A stretch of 64,000 nt of DNA from Octopus vulgaris. Taxonomy: Eukaryota. Below the pieces are notes generated by a model. The model worked only from the letters and a program-made list of their open reading frames with translations, ran no database searches and was not told the origin of the DNA. Within the stretch, counting starts at the first letter, position 1, and each line of letters opens with the position of its first letter. Where the stretch lies: assembly GCA_951406725.2 (NCBI GenBank), contig OX597821.1:88288001-88352000 (forward strand), written 5' to 3'. Below are positions 41,205 to 55,989 of this stretch, piece after piece. The translations under genes and the position numbers were made by a program.

Positions 41205-41337
<133 letters not shown>

Positions 41338-42299
41338 ACGAACTAACTAACTTACTAACTAAGTAACAAACGAACTATCTATCTATATATCCTCACTACA
41401 CCTCACACACACACACATAAATATATTTACACTTATTTTTAGATATGCAATCCTATATCCATCTACCTATTATTAAACAAACGATTTCAGAGATTGTCAG
41501 GCCGACTTCTCTTGCTTTTGTTCGTCTGCTAACATAGGCTCTAAGACAATTAAAAGGCCTAGGTTTTATCCCAACTTTTCATAGCTTTCTCTATATCTCC
41601 GCGTGAAATATAAAGAAATCATCGACTAAGGGGCGCATTTTAGATAAAACCTTTCTGTTATTCAAATTTAGAAATCGTCTACTGTAATTGAATTTAATCG
41701 TGAATCGAAAAAATGCACCATAAGGTTAAATAGATTTTGAAATGCCGCATACATTTTTGTATTATCGCATTAGATAAAATGCAGTGAGATATTTGGGACT
41801 AATTTGTTGAGGTATGAGTTGAAAGAGAAGTAACAGACATTTCTATATGATCAGATTGTTCGATTGATTTGAAGCGCTCAGATCAGATCGTATAAATGTC
41901 ACTGGAAAATGATTTGCTGTTTGAAGAGTATCAAATTGTGTGTTACATAATATGCAATAGTTACGTGAGTGCTCGATCAGGACCGATTCGCTGCTATACA
42001 AATATAAGAACGGAACCAATTACACTATGGGACCAATATGCAGTGGAGCAATAACGACAGTGTACTCATTAACGACAGGGTACTCAAACTAAGTTTGGAA
42101 TGATACCGATAGTCTACAAGCATAAGCATCTTCATGTTTCATAGGTTTTACCGATGTAATCATAACATCTTTTCTGTAATTTTATCGTAATGAAATCGGA
42201 ATTTAGCAGGGTGGTAGTGAAACGCATCTGGTTCGAAATTTAAAGCAATGCTTATCTTTCCGAAGATATGACTTATTTCGTGTGTGTAGTATCTCATTG

Positions 42300-42540
42300 T
42301 TGACTTCCTCGTTGTATTTTGTTATTATTAAAGCTTCAATAGTTAATCCAGTTTTTTTTTCTTTCTACGATGGTAATGTTTATCCAATTCTGTTTCATGG
42401 ACTGTGATATAATGTGATGGTCTGGTTCTTTGATGTATTTGGATAGTCAACCGACACAAATGTGTTCTAAGTCCGTGTCCGATGTTATAGTTTGTATCAT
42501 TAAATTTATAACTTTCATATTCACATTGAAATTTGTATAT
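42300..42540 (-). mobile_element. Highly decayed GIY-YIG (PLE) fragment
   Basis: VIYKFQC..YNIGHGLRTHLCRLTIQIHQ resembles the VIY..YIG..LRxR motif. Confidence 0.4.
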
Positions 42541-42633
42541 TACTTTGATATTTAGGTATGCATATATGTTTACAAACTTACATGCATACACACACACATA
42601 AGAAACATACATATGTATGTTTACGTTCATATA

Positions 42634-42671
<38 letters not shown>

Positions 42672-42686
42672 CACACACACAACCAC

Positions 42687-42754
<68 letters not shown>

Positions 42755-43545
42755 GCACGCACTTATATGATTGTATCTGCGTGTGTGTGTGTGTGTATGC
42801 GTGTGTGTGTGTGTGGTTAATAATGCTTAATGCTATTACATCGTCTCACGCTAGTACGATCAAGCAATCACCATGATGTTATGTAATGAAAAATTTTATT
42901 ACTTTATACAAGATGGCGTCGAGAACCCCCATTATTTTATTGGTTGTGACATATCACGTGGGCGACTATTCTTTTTCTCCTTGTTCTCGTTGGTGTTCTT
43001 CTTCTTCTCTTTGACCTCCACCCTTTCTTTCTTTTACATCATAACCATCAAAATCAGACCCATTATTTCCTTCTTCGTTTTCTTGACTTCTTCAATCGAT
43101 TTTCTCAGCCTTCAGCAATCAGATCTATGACACATAGATGCATTCCAAGCATCAAATGTTCCAGATACGGCTTAACGAACGGTCTATAAGGCTCATACAA
43201 TTCCCATGAACTGTATGGGTTATTGCTGTGATTGTATTACTAGACTCAATCTGGTCATAAACGCACATAAGGAACGACTTTTACTACGCAAAGCCATCGA
43301 AGTTTTTAGTAACGTTTAGAATTATGTTATCGAACTTATTTAACAGGGTAGTGCTTGTTTTAAGGTGCCGTGATAGTAGTCTAGCAGGGTGTATCTTAAA
43401 AGCATTTATGACTGAGTTCTGTTGGTGACTTCAGATAATAGTACAGCGGTTTACTCAAGAATTTGGTCGAATGTAAAAATACATACATGCACACACATAT
43501 ACACAGTAATATTTCATGATCTACCTGTGAATCCATCTATCTATA

Positions 43546-43632
<87 letters not shown>

Positions 43633-43960
43633 TATATGTCTGTATGTCTGTCTATGTATCACTCAGTCTCCTTGGTTAACGTATCTGTCTCTCTCATATA
43701 TATGTAACTACCTCTATGAATGTATGATATGTATGTATGCATATGTGTGTGTATATATGTGTATATACATACAGATAAACACACGCACACACACACACAC
43801 ACACAAACACATACACACACACATATATATATATATATACATACGCTCACACAGCCATACATTCTAGTAAAGCGTCCGAAACGATCTAATGTAATTCTTG
43901 CGTCTGTAAAACTTTTAGTAAATCTGGTAGTAATGAAAGCCTGAATCGATAATACACAAA

Positions 43961-44056
<96 letters not shown>

Positions 44057-44166
44057 CATATATAAAGAGATCTCAGTGCATCAAGCTATCAGTCTCTCCG
44101 TCCACTTTCATATTCACCTTACTGTCACTCTCTCCGTATCTTTATATATATATATATATATATAAG

Positions 44167-44233
<67 letters not shown>

Positions 44234-44734
44234 ATAGAGACTCATACAAACACTACATGCAACGACACAAATATGTAGATATAATTGGTTACTTTCTAGC
44301 GCTAAAAGTGAAGTTAAAGAACTAAAACACTCTTACTTGATTTTTGTTTTCATTTGTATTTTTTTTGCATGACGATGAAGGATAAAAACACACAAATACA
44401 TAAAAAAATAAATAAATAAATAAATAAGCAGAATCTATTAGATTTTCAAGAAAAGCTGTGAATTGCTTTCTATTGGCGAGACAGAACTAAAAGCTTCGCC
44501 CAATTATTAGAATAGTAAGTGTCTATCACATCAAAAGAAACACTCTTTTCCAACATAAAGCTATATTAGTTCAGTGAATAAGAAAAATGTAGACCATTAC
44601 TTTGGACAGTTTAGTTAATAATAGTGGACGTTCGTTCTTCACATGCAGAGGTGGAGCGACGTTTCTGCAGCAACGTAGACTGGCGACGAAAAATACAATT
44701 CTCAAATCGAAAGCACTCTTCGTAATCTGTCTTG

Positions 44735-44742
44735 CTTTTATA
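44735..44742 (-). promoter_or_regulatory. Candidate TATA box (TATAAAAG) upstream of a candidate first exon, about 44710-44337
   Basis: Consensus TATA in a repeat-free, relatively CpG-rich stretch; donor CAA/GTAAGA at 44337/44336. Confidence 0.3.
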
Positions 44743-44986
44743 GTCCCAAATTCTCTGCCTCTGTGTCAATACGTGTGACTGTGTGAATTCACGAGTGGGC
44801 GAGTGCGTGATTGAGTAAGAGAGTATGCGAGAGAACGATGCATGAGAATGAGTGCAAGAATGTGAGGTTAAATTCTGTACGTGATAACGTTTGCTATGAT
44901 GCTCGTCATATGGTTTTAGATACTAGCAATACCTGAGGAAGTACCATGGGTTTTGCTAGTGACAACGGAGAACTGCAGTTGTTTAT

Positions 44987-45351
44987 TGTGGTAAGTAGCT
45001 TGCTTACCAACCACATGGTTCCGGGTTCGATTCCACTGCGTGGCACTTTGGACAAGCGTCTTCTACTATAGCTTCGGGCCGAATAAGCCTTGTGAGTTGA
45101 TTTTGTCGACGGAAACTGAAAGAAGCCCGTCGTATATATATATATATATGTATGTATGTGTGTGTATATGTTTGTCTGTCTGTATTTGTTCCCCCAACAT
45201 CACATGACAACCGATGCTGGTGTGTTTACGCCCCCTAGAATAAGTACTTGGCTTACAAAGAATAAGACCTGGGGTTGATTTGGTCGACCAAAGGCGGTGC
45301 TCAAGCATGGCCACAGTCAAATGACTGAAACAAATAAAAGAGTAAAAGAGT
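44987..45351 (+). mobile_element. SINE family 3
   Basis: Homology, with a small internal deletion. Confidence 0.9.
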
Positions 45352-45433
45352 ACATACAAACATACAAGCATATATACATACATACATACATGCTTGCATG
45401 CATGCACAAACAAACAAACAAACAAACACACAT

Positions 45434-45473
<40 letters not shown>

Positions 45474-45986
45474 CTGTGAGAGTTAGAGGTTGGGAAGCTA
45501 ACCAACTAAGGGATAATACCTATCCAATATACTGCTGGTAGTGTACCCATTTATTAATACCCAAGTGCTGGTTATTGTGTGGCAATTTCGCAATCGAGTG
45601 TCATATATGGGCGCGGATAAAAAGTGGTTTACCCTTAATTTATACGATAACAAAGAAAATGAAGTGGATACAAAAACGACATTCATCATCCGGTAGGCAT
45701 TCTATGATGTCTATCTATTCTGAAGCATAAGGAAGTATTATAAGAATACATACGCGTGCAAAGACTGTGTGTTACGTATGTATGTATGTATGTATATGAG
45801 TATTTGTTAGCTTAAACATGTCTTTAAATTAATTATATAGTTGTACCATTCATGAGCAAAAGACTTGCTGAAGCGGGTCGAACCCGATCTATTACAGATG
45901 TTACAAACGGCAACACGTTTTAAGTTTCAGGTGCAATTTCAAACCCCAGAAAGAAATTCTACTATAGTTTTCTTTCGTGGAAATTC

Positions 45987-45987
<1 letters not shown>

Positions 45988-46017
<30 letters not shown>

Positions 46018-46160
46018 CTTCTTCTTCTTCTTCTTCTTCTTCTTCTTCTTCTTCTTCTTCTTCTTCTTCTTCTTCTTCTTCTTCTTCTTCTTCTTCTTCT
46101 TCTTCTTCCTCCTCCTCCTTCCTCCTCCTCCTCCTCCTCCTCCTTCTTCTTCTCTCTCTC
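45988..46160. repeat. (CTT)n/(CCT)n polypyrimidine microsatellite
   Basis: Seen directly. Confidence 0.97.
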
Positions 46161-46832
46161 TCCACACACACATTCATATATACATATATACATAAGCCAC
46201 GCAATTATATATATATATAATTGTGTGTGTGTGTATGTATATATGAATGTGTGTGTGTGGAGAGAGAAATAAAAAGATATATATATATATATATATATAT
46301 AAGTAGTAATATATATATATATATATATATATAAGTAGTAATGATAAAGTTAAAGAAATACTGATATTTTAAAATTATATAATACGTGCATTTCATATTT
46401 CCGTAATATATAATAGCAAGTGCTTCCATTACGCAAACCTTCTGAGGTTGCGTAATGGACACTTTGTCACATCTTTAGTGACACACGCTGCATACACCCC
46501 TTCGCATGTAAAAGTGTGTACCCGTGTTCATGTGTGTGTCTATGCGCATATGTATTTGAAAAGATACCGAGGTATTTGCGCATAAGACATTTCAGAATAA
46601 TGATATCGCGGCAAAGAATCATTACAATGATTGAGATATAGATTATGTCTGGAGATTGTAAGAGTAGAATGAAAAAAAAAAATTGTTTTATATCAAATGG
46701 TACAAACCAAAACAATTGCATCAATATTAGGCATTCAATCTTAGTGTTGTAAATTTGCATTGCTTGTAAGGATTCACATACTCTCAATGCATTTGCAAAT
46801 AAAGTTCCAATATATTCAAAATGTGCGCGTGT

Positions 46833-46876
<44 letters not shown>

Positions 46877-47243
46877 TTAAAATTACTAAGTCTCTCTAAA
46901 AGAGAACAACGGACAGCTTTATTCTTATTTTTATAAGAATATATTAGTATATAACTATATATATATGTATGTATGTATAAATGTATAAGCGCACATAAGT
47001 ATGTGTACCTGCCTAATCGCGTTTTCAAAGTATATTATGGACAATGTATTTATAAAAAGCACGTTTCTGAATAGCTCAAGAAATGATTATATACCCATTT
47101 GGGTTCAAGAAATTGCATACATTACTCGAATATCATATTTGTCTATAATTGGTGTGCATACCTTTCATTGTGACCAAATCAGGTGCTTTACCTTCAAATA
47201 ACTTATTCAACTGAATGTGTATATATATATATATATGTGTGTG

Positions 47244-47408
47244 TAGATCGCTAGCCACTACACATTCTTTATTTTCTGTGTTCCTCTTTGTGGAAGAGCG
47301 TATGCTCGAAACGTTAAAGACTTTTTCACTTCCCCAGCATTAAACTAATACATATCTTTGTTGTCTACACCACCTACTTTCGTCTTTTGGTTTTTTTTGT
47401 GAATTCTC
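47244..47408 (+). mobile_element. Solo PLE family B terminus with hammerhead-like motif at 47283-47320
   Basis: TTGTGGA-A-GAGC-gtat-GCTC-GAAAC-GTT-AAAGA; homologous to 25808-25956. Confidence 0.8.
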
Positions 47409-47474
47409 TCTCTCTCTCTCTAGACACACACACACATATTTATTTATATATATATATATATATATGATTACTTA

Positions 47475-48095
47475 GGCGTGGCTGTATGATAGGATGCTTG
47501 ACTCCTAACCACATGGTTCCGGGTTCAGTCCCACTGTGTAGCATCTTGGGTGTCTTCTATTGTAACCTCGGGCCGACTAAAGCCTTGTGAGTGGATTTGG
47601 TAGACGGAAACTGAAAGAAGCCCGTTGTATATGTGCGTATATATATTTATTTGAGTTTGTGTCTATGTTTGTTCCTCCACCGTCGCTTGACAACCGTTGT
47701 CGGTGTGTCTATATCCACGAAACTTAGTGGTTCGGCAAAAGTCACTGATAGAATAAGTACTAGGCTACAAAGAATGTCCGAGGGTCGATGTATTTTACTA
47801 AAGGCGGTGCACGAGAATGGCCGCAGTCAATTGACGGAAACGTGTAAAAGAGTAAAAGTGTACATGTATATATATATATATATGTATATACTTTTAGTCT
47901 ATTTTACTCTTTTTTATTCTTTACTTGTTATATAGGACGGCCTTCATCCAGTTTCCGTTAATCAAATCCATTCAGAAGGCTTTGGTCGTACCGAGGCTAT
48001 AGTAGAAGACATTAGACCAAGGTGCCACGCAATGGGACTGAACCGGGTACTATGTGGTTGGGAAGCAAGCTTCTTATCACGCAGCCACCTCTGCG
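47475..48095. mobile_element. Two SINE family 3 copies in opposite orientation (47475-47860 +, 47935-48095 -)
   Basis: Homology to the family. Confidence 0.85.
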
Positions 48096-48103
48096 ACATA
48101 TAC

Positions 48104-48200
<97 letters not shown>

Positions 48201-48462
48201 AACACAAACACAAACGCACACACACACACACACGAGACGGAAAGAAAAACTCTATACGTAGGGAAAAAGTGAATCATTGACGAATTTCAAGTAAGCATGA
48301 ACTCCACATGACGTATTTCAGCAAGAAATTGTTGAAAGATAATTTGTATAAGTTCAGCTGCTACGGAGGTGAGTAGAATGGTTTGGGTCATTCACCTTTC
48401 GTCTGAGAGCGAAGGAGACAGCTTTTGTTGTAATCTATATATAAATATACATTATTGTAAAC

Positions 48463-48519
<57 letters not shown>

Positions 48520-48735
48520 TACACGCTACGGTAATAAAAATTGTGCACATTTGTAGAATACACGCAGTAGAAAGAAAAGATTATCACACGTACATACATC
48601 ATTGTAAAAAACACACATGCATAAATACTTGTATACACATACAAGCACAATAACATGTAGCTTTTAAGACATTTGATCTCGCGAAATAAAAAAGAAAATT
48701 GTGAACTCATATCTTATCACATATTCCACTCTTAC

Positions 48736-49312
48736 CCGGCGGCATTTGAAACATATATATATAAGAGGTACGATGATGATTATGAAGTCATTAGTATTGG
48801 TTATAGTTACTGGTGTTGATGGTGATGCTCGTCGTGGTTGGTGATGCTGTTGATCATCATGTCGTTGACGACGATGACGCCGGCGACACTGAGACTGTTG
48901 ATGATGATGATGATGATGAGGATGATGATGACGACGACTCCATGCTGTAATGCAGAACAGACAGGAAATTGACGACAAGTAGCTGAATGGTGTAGACTGC
49001 TTAAAATGGACTTGAATTGACTTGAACAAGACAGAAACATAACACAAAGAAGAGACAGACGTTAAATTGCATCTATCCATCTTACAGAAAAAATCAATCA
49101 ATATTGATTCGCTTTGCAAAACTAAAAAAAAAAACTAAAAAAACAAACAAATAAATAAAAAAAAACTAGAATAAAAAAATAATAAAATGGAACACAGCGA
49201 AAATAAAAAAAAATATAAAAACCAAAAATACTAACTTTTACTTAAGTCACCTTATAAATTTTATTTCTTACGTTTCAGTTTTATTTCAAATATTTTCAAG
49301 GTTGCAGAAATT
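48736..49312 (-). other. Two candidate exons (49312-49272 and 49121-48736) separated by a 150-nt T-rich intron
   Basis: ttcattctttcAG/41 nt/GTAAGA..polyT-AG/386 nt/GG-GTAAGA; an open frame MDRCNL..CRR runs to the donor but is low-complexity and not recognised. Confidence 0.35.
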
Positions 49313-49529
49313 CTGAAAGAATGAAGTAACTTAGCAATTTGTTGAAGAAGTGTTATGTTTTTATCTATCTATTAAATGTCCTCTCTTTATTTAAAAATCG
49401 TGTAAACGTGCAAATACACGGCAAATTTCCTTCTTTCACCATTTAAAAGCTTCTCCGTGATTTTCTCTGTCCCGCTTCTCTTCTTTATATCTATATCGCT
49501 GAATACACACACACACGTATACGTACACA

Positions 49530-49590
<61 letters not shown>

Positions 49591-49704
49591 ATATATATAT
49601 ATAACTTATGAATTTATAATTTAACCTTTAAAGGTACTTTTTAATATGCTGGCCGTTGATAAAAATTTTTTTCGAAAAAATGTTATCCTACATTATATAT
49701 ATAT

Positions 49705-50590
49705 ATATAAAAGCTCATCGATTCTGTACCAACACGCCGAACAAGAACACGGGGGATCAATCAATAACATAGAGATTAAGATATTGTCCACACATAGAAC
49801 AGATGCAACAATTAGACAAATTACAGAACCTACACATATAATAGAAAATAAACCTAGCCTGAATAGAAAACTAGAATGGAGCAATAGCGCACACCACAAC
49901 ATATGACAATAGTGGATCCTGCAAACATAATAAATACACAGGTAATTAAAGAAATAGAAATGAATATCTATATGTGTATATATGTGTGTATATATGTATA
50001 TATATGTATATGTATGTATATATATATATGTATATGTATATTCTTTTTTTTTCTTTTTTTTCGATTAGATTTATTATTATTATTACTAATATTGTTGTTA
50101 TACATACATACAAGCATATGTAATGATAATAATGGGTGGATGTAAACACATGAACAAAATTAGAACAAAAGCAACAACAACAAAAACAAAATACAAATTA
50201 CAAGAATGTATATAACCAGAATATACAAATATTACAGGCATCCCCCCCACACACACACTAAATAAACATAGACGCACATAGAGATATAAGCATGCGCAAA
50301 TGAAGACATACAATAGAAATACAAAATGGCTGACGGTTAGTAAGGAGAGACACAAGTAACTGAGAAGAAAACAAAGGACCACTGATGCGGTCACAGGAGT
50401 GTGACGAAAGAACTTTGGCCGAAATAAGATTAAGATTAATGTAAAAAATAAATATCACTGAAGCAAAATAACACCAAATATATAGTGCGTGTGTTTTTAT
50501 TGGCTAAACTGGCAATATGACCATTCCGAAATATAACAATATCTGTTTCAACACACGACTTCACATAAAAAATCTTGCACAACAAATATT
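49705..50590 (+). mobile_element. 5'-truncated Penelope-like element (family C): GIY-YIG C-terminus plus 3' terminus with hammerhead-like motif at 50376-50420
   Basis: SSILYQHAEQEHGG..IEIKILS..TIRQITEPTHIIENKPSLNRKLEW has the H..H, RxIxE and PxLN motifs; (TA)n flanks. Confidence 0.75.
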
Positions 50591-50595
50591 TAAAC

Positions 50596-50639
<44 letters not shown>

Positions 50640-50824
50640 ATATACATACATACATATATATATATATATATGTAGGTGCAGATGTGAAGCTTTGTCCCAA
50701 CCACATGGTTGCGGGTTCAGTGCCACTGCGCGACTCTTCGGACCAGTATCTTCTACAATAGCCCCCAGTCAACCAGAAGCTTGTATGTTTATTTATTAGA
50801 CAGAGGCTGAAAAAAAACGTGTGT

Positions 50825-50855
<31 letters not shown>

Positions 50856-52546
50856 AGACAGGTGGTGTACAAAATAAACAGATGTATTAGTATAACGCTC
50901 AGGAATAGAAAAAATCTTTTACGTTTCGAGCCTACGCTCTTCTACAAAAAGGGACACAGATAAAACAAGGAGAGAAAAAAATGTGTGAAGTGGCTAACGA
51001 TCTATCATGGCGACTGCCAGACAGAAGGGTCATACACGAGAGGTAAGAAGTAGGGGAGATAACAAAGTAAAGATGACCCCCAACACGAAGGTGCGTGTGT
51101 GTATAGGAGAGTATGTATGTGCGTGTGAAAGAGGGCTGGTGGTCTAAACGTGTGCGTGTATGTGGGAGAGGGTGTGTGGGTAGGCAGAGTGTGGGGGTAG
51201 AGGTGGAGTATGTGGGAGAGGGTGTGTGGGATAGGATGAGGGAAGGGATGCGGGAGATGGGAAGGATAGAGAAGGTGGAGTAGGAATATGTAGGGGTGGG
51301 GTGGGCATATGGGGAGGGGAAGGCAGGTATGTGGGGAGAGAGAAGAGGAGAGAAGAGAGAAGAGTGAAAGAGAATAAGATTGAAGAGAGAAAGAGGGAAG
51401 AGAGAAAGAGAGTAAGAGAGAAGAGGGAAAGAGGGAAAGAGGAGAGAGTAAAAGAGAAGAGAGAAGAGAGAAAGAGAGAAAGAGAGTAAGAGAGAAGAGG
51501 GAAAGAAAGTAGCGTTGAAGAAAAGTAGGAGTGAAGAGAAGTAGGAGTCGGGGTAAGAGAGGACAGTTGGGTGGGAGGAAGTACGCGGGAGGGGGAGAGA
51601 GGCAAGGGGAGGAGATTAGATGAAGAGGGGAGGAGAGTTGAGCCCAAATGGCGTAAAAGAGCGAAGACAGAAGATTAATCCCTGTTCACAGCGCAAACGG
51701 GAGTCAGGATGCCTCTGTGCAAGGACAATCCGAACACAGAGAGATATTGCAAAGAGAGACCGGTAGAGCGGAAATGGCGTGAGACCGGGGTGTCATTACC
51801 GAGGCGGATGTCTCGGAGGTGTTCCGCGAACCGGTCAGCCAAGCGGCGTCCCGTTTGTCGGATGTACAGAGAATGGTAGAGAGAGCAGGAGATGCAATAG
51901 ATGATATTGCTGGAGGTGCAGGTGAAGGAGTCAGTGATGCAATAGGGTCGATGATGGGTGCCGGTGAGGAGGGTGGTGTTGGAGAGGTAAGGGCAAGTGC
52001 GGCAACGTGGGCGGGAGCAGGGGAACGAGCCAGGTTGGGAGGTAGGGTCAGGGAAGAAGCTGTGGACCAAGAAGTCTCGTAGGTTGTGGGCTTGTTTGAA
52101 GGAGGGAAGGGGTCGGTTAGGGAAGATGTGTGAAGTGGACGGGTCGGACTGGAGATGCCGGAAAGCTCGGAGAATGGTGCGTTGGTGAGGTAGGTGGTTG
52201 GTGGTAGGTGAGGGTAAAAGGGAGGCGGGAGACTGCAGGACGGGTTCGGGGGGAGAGAGCAGATGCACGGTCCATGGAATCTGCTCTGGCAAGGGTGGTG
52301 TGGATAGTGGTGAGGGGATATCTACGTAGGATGAAATGGCGGGCCATGAGTTGAGACCAAGTCTCAAAGTCATGGTCGTCACTACAGAGCCTACGTAGAC
52401 GGAGGAATTGGGAATAGGGGATGGAAAGCTTGGTGTGTTTGGGGTGGGAGGAGGAGAAGTTGAGGTATGAGTGTGTTTGTAGTGGATGGAGGTGCTACGA
52501 GTGGAGTGATGAATGCTGGCCTAAATGTCAAGAAAGGAGACAGATG
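50856..52546 (-). mobile_element. 5'-truncated Penelope-like retroelement (family B, Neptune-like): RT C-terminus, Cys-rich linker, GIY-YIG endonuclease, 3' terminus
   Basis: SFLDI..TSIHYK..SSHPKHTKLSIPYSQFLRLRRLCSDD; PCSRPRCRTC; NIIYCISC..LYIRQTGRRLADRFAEH..VSRHF; frameshifts and stops; hammerhead-like motif at 50916-50951; (TA)n on both sides. Confidence 0.93.
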
Positions 52547-53714
52547 TGTATATATATATACATATATATATATATACATATCTGTGTTTGTGTGCTTGTG
52601 CGTGCGCGTGCGTGTGTGAAGGTGTGGTTATGCTGTTAAAAAGGCTCGCTTCATGACTTTTGGGTTTCAGACTCATCTCTGTGTTTGGCCAGGTGTCATC
52701 TGATGCGTGCATATACAACGGGATGTTGGAAAGATCCTGGCTTTGAGTAAAAGAAAATACAGGAAGATTAGTTAACTGTGATTTTGTTCATAATGTTCAC
52801 TTCTCAGATTCACACACTTATTGTAGCGGTCCTTCAGTTTTTCTAAGCCCTGTAACAGAACACAGATGCTTGGGCCTTCAGCCAGGCTTTTCACAGCACC
52901 CTCAATTCCATGAACTTTTCTGTACCCATATGTGTGTGAGTGTGTGTGTTGTGTGTGTGTATGTATGTATGTATGTATGTATGTATGTATGTATGTATGT
53001 ATGTATGTATGTATGTATGTATGAATGTATGTATGTATATGTATACTTGCATCTACATCTATATGTATGCTTGTGGTCTGTGTAAATGTGTGTTATATGC
53101 ATAAATCTTATCACTAACAGGGCAGTTAAGAATTAATGAAAAAAAACGAATCAAATATACTCCATTATTCCTCTATCATTCTTCTATAATGATACCTTAT
53201 TATAGTCGTGTTATTACGTTCTATATAGGATCCTGCGATTGACTTTCTCGCTTTAATTGTAGTATATGATGCCATCTAGTTTAACTCTCTGGGGTTTCTT
53301 TTTAGCGGAATCTCATCTGTTCGGTCTAAGTATAGTTTCGGGGTTGTGATCACCTCAGTTCGAAATCTAATACGTACCAGACTATAACTGTCTCACAAAC
53401 TATCACGTCACCTAATCAGTTCTTCGTTGCAACTTTCCAACATGGATATCTTACCTCACTCCCAACAGATGTGGGTGACACAAAGTCAGCAATACAACAC
53501 ATCGAGCCCATTACCCAAAACACGAAATATAAATAAATTCGTGTATCTTCTAGTTCTCAAATCATCCTGCTTTTCGAATTATCAACGATTCTTTTGGCCC
53601 TTTTTCAAATGTATTTCCATCAACTTTGCTACTAAGTTTTGAGCTATTCCCAGATATCATCTGAGTATTTGCAAAATACAGAAATCCTTAAAGAATACTA
53701 GGCCCATATAGCGA

Positions 53715-54030
53715 GGTTAAAAGTGAACCATATATGCTTATCAACCATATAGTTCATGCTTCAGTCCCATTACGTGGCACCTTGGTCAAGTGTCTTCTAC
53801 TATAGACTCGGGCCGACCAAAGTCTTCTGGGCTGATTAGGTAGACGGAGTCAGAATGAAACCTGTCGTATATATATGTATATACATGTGTGTCTTTGTGC
53901 ATGTGTCTTCCCTTATACCTCTTGACTTAGTGACTGAAAGTATAAGTACCAAGGAAATATAGGTACTGAAGTTGATACATTCAACTAATGTACATGGCTG
54001 CTGTCTGAAGACTAAAACAAGTAAAAGATA
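53715..54030 (+). mobile_element. Diverged SINE family 3
   Basis: TTCAGTCCCATTACGTGGCACCTTGG..GTGTCTTCTACTATAG..AACAAGTAAAAG. Confidence 0.7.
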
Positions 54031-54530
54031 AAAGATAAAAGAAAGAATATTCAAAGAAAAGGAAACATAATAAAAAATGGAAATGACACAATAATTATGA
54101 ATAAGAAATGAAAAGGGAGAAAAAGACGTACAAAGAATGATGTATATGAGGTAACTAACAAGTGTTTCCGTAATACAAGACTTCATTATCTGCGACATTG
54201 TCTTGTCTTTTCGTATGGCTGTGAGTGAATCAGAACAGGAAGAACAGTTTTAATGGCTTGGAAATAACTGGAAAAAATTCAAAGAAATGAAATTGAGGGA
54301 GGAACAAAGAAAGAAAGAAATATCAAATGACTCCAAATAAAAAGGAAAGGATATATAGAAAGGCTAAGAAAAATGAAAATTCAATACAATAGAGGGGGAA
54401 TTTCGAGGAATATCGAGTAAAATTAGGACAATAAATAGGAGTGGAGTGAAAAATGGACGAACAAATGAAGATAAAACAAAGACAATGGAATTGAAACATA
54501 AAGAAAATGCATACATATGTTCATATATGA

Positions 54531-54620
<90 letters not shown>

Positions 54621-54842
54621 TGAGAAAAAAGTGGGGAGAGTACGAAAGCGACGGAAAGAAAAAAGAAGAAAGTATTATCGGAAATAAGGCATCAGGAATA
54701 AAAGAAAAATGACAGCAGGAAATGGGAAGAAAATGTAAGGAACTGAAATTTCGGAATGAATTGAATAAAAAAATAATAAATGAAAGAAAAAAAAACAAGA
54801 ACATGAATTCCGTAATCAGGCTGACTGTTATGTCGGTGTACA

Positions 54843-54856
54843 CTCATCACCATCAC

Positions 54857-54905
<49 letters not shown>

Positions 54906-54911
54906 GTCATT

Positions 54912-55006
<95 letters not shown>

Positions 55007-55170
55007 CATCGTCATCATCATCATCATCAACGCAACCTCCACCAGCGGGACAACCACAACCACCGCCGCCGCCGCCGCCACCCCACCCCACCCCCGCCAC
55101 TACCCTCACCCCAACTGTCGTCGTTGTCATCACAATCGACGTCATCATCGTCATTGTCATCATCGTTCCG
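54843..55170. repeat. (CAT)n/(CCG)n microsatellite
   Basis: Seen directly. Confidence 0.95.
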
Positions 55171-55952
55171 TCATCCAACCGTAGAAAAATTCAAAATAAA
55201 TGTTTCGTAACTGCGAGTATATAATTGTTGGAAACTAAAATGATACACTACTCCAGCTGCTTTCAGTGCAAAACTGGACGGACTCATGGAACCTATTCAC
55301 TCGCTACTTCACCAGGCAGCCTAGAGTAATTGAAGCTGGCATAAAGAGAAAAACAATACCAGTGACAGGATGTAAACCGGTAGTCCGACACTTTCTTTCA
55401 ATAATCTCGCACTCTCCACAGACACGGCCAGTTGCAATTTCTTGGAAGAATATGAAGACAATTTATACGATGCTTAATCATTTCATCTTTGATGAAGAAG
55501 AAGAAACAAAAGAAAAGGAAAGAGAACTAGGCATCTGGAAATAGAAATGTCTAGAAGAAGAAAAAGATAGTGCCAAACTGTTAAAAGAACAGACAGATAT
55601 GCAATTAATATATGCGTATAAAAATGAAATCAGATCAAAATCAAATCATAAGAGACGGAAATAAGGTTGTAAGAGAATTGAAAGAAATATTTCCAATATT
55701 TGCGACATTGGCAGCGTATCAGTCAGGGATGGTAAAACAAAGGTAGGAACTTTGTTGATGACTAGCGACAAAGAAATCAACAACAACAACAGTAACAGTA
55801 ACAAAAAAATAACGAATTTAAATGAAACGACTGCATTGCAATGTTTCTTCATCTGCCAGACGCCTGTTGGACGAATCCAGTGGAGAGCAGGAGGGGAGAG
55901 AGAGAGATAGAAAGACAGAGAGAGAAAGAGACAGATCGATAGATAGATAAAT

Positions 55953-55989
<37 letters not shown>

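Noticed and set aside
42960-43095. Acidic minus-strand frame RSQENEEGNNGSDFDGYD..EKE
   Set aside because: Short, bounded by stops, purine-rich low complexity, and without clear splice sites.
45868-45895. Hammerhead-like CTGAAGC-GGGT-cga-ACCC-GATC
   Set aside because: No GAAA and no stem I or III; probably chance.
55266-55544. 92-aa ORF in unique sequence
   Set aside because: GTG start, no recognisable domain, no supporting exon structure.
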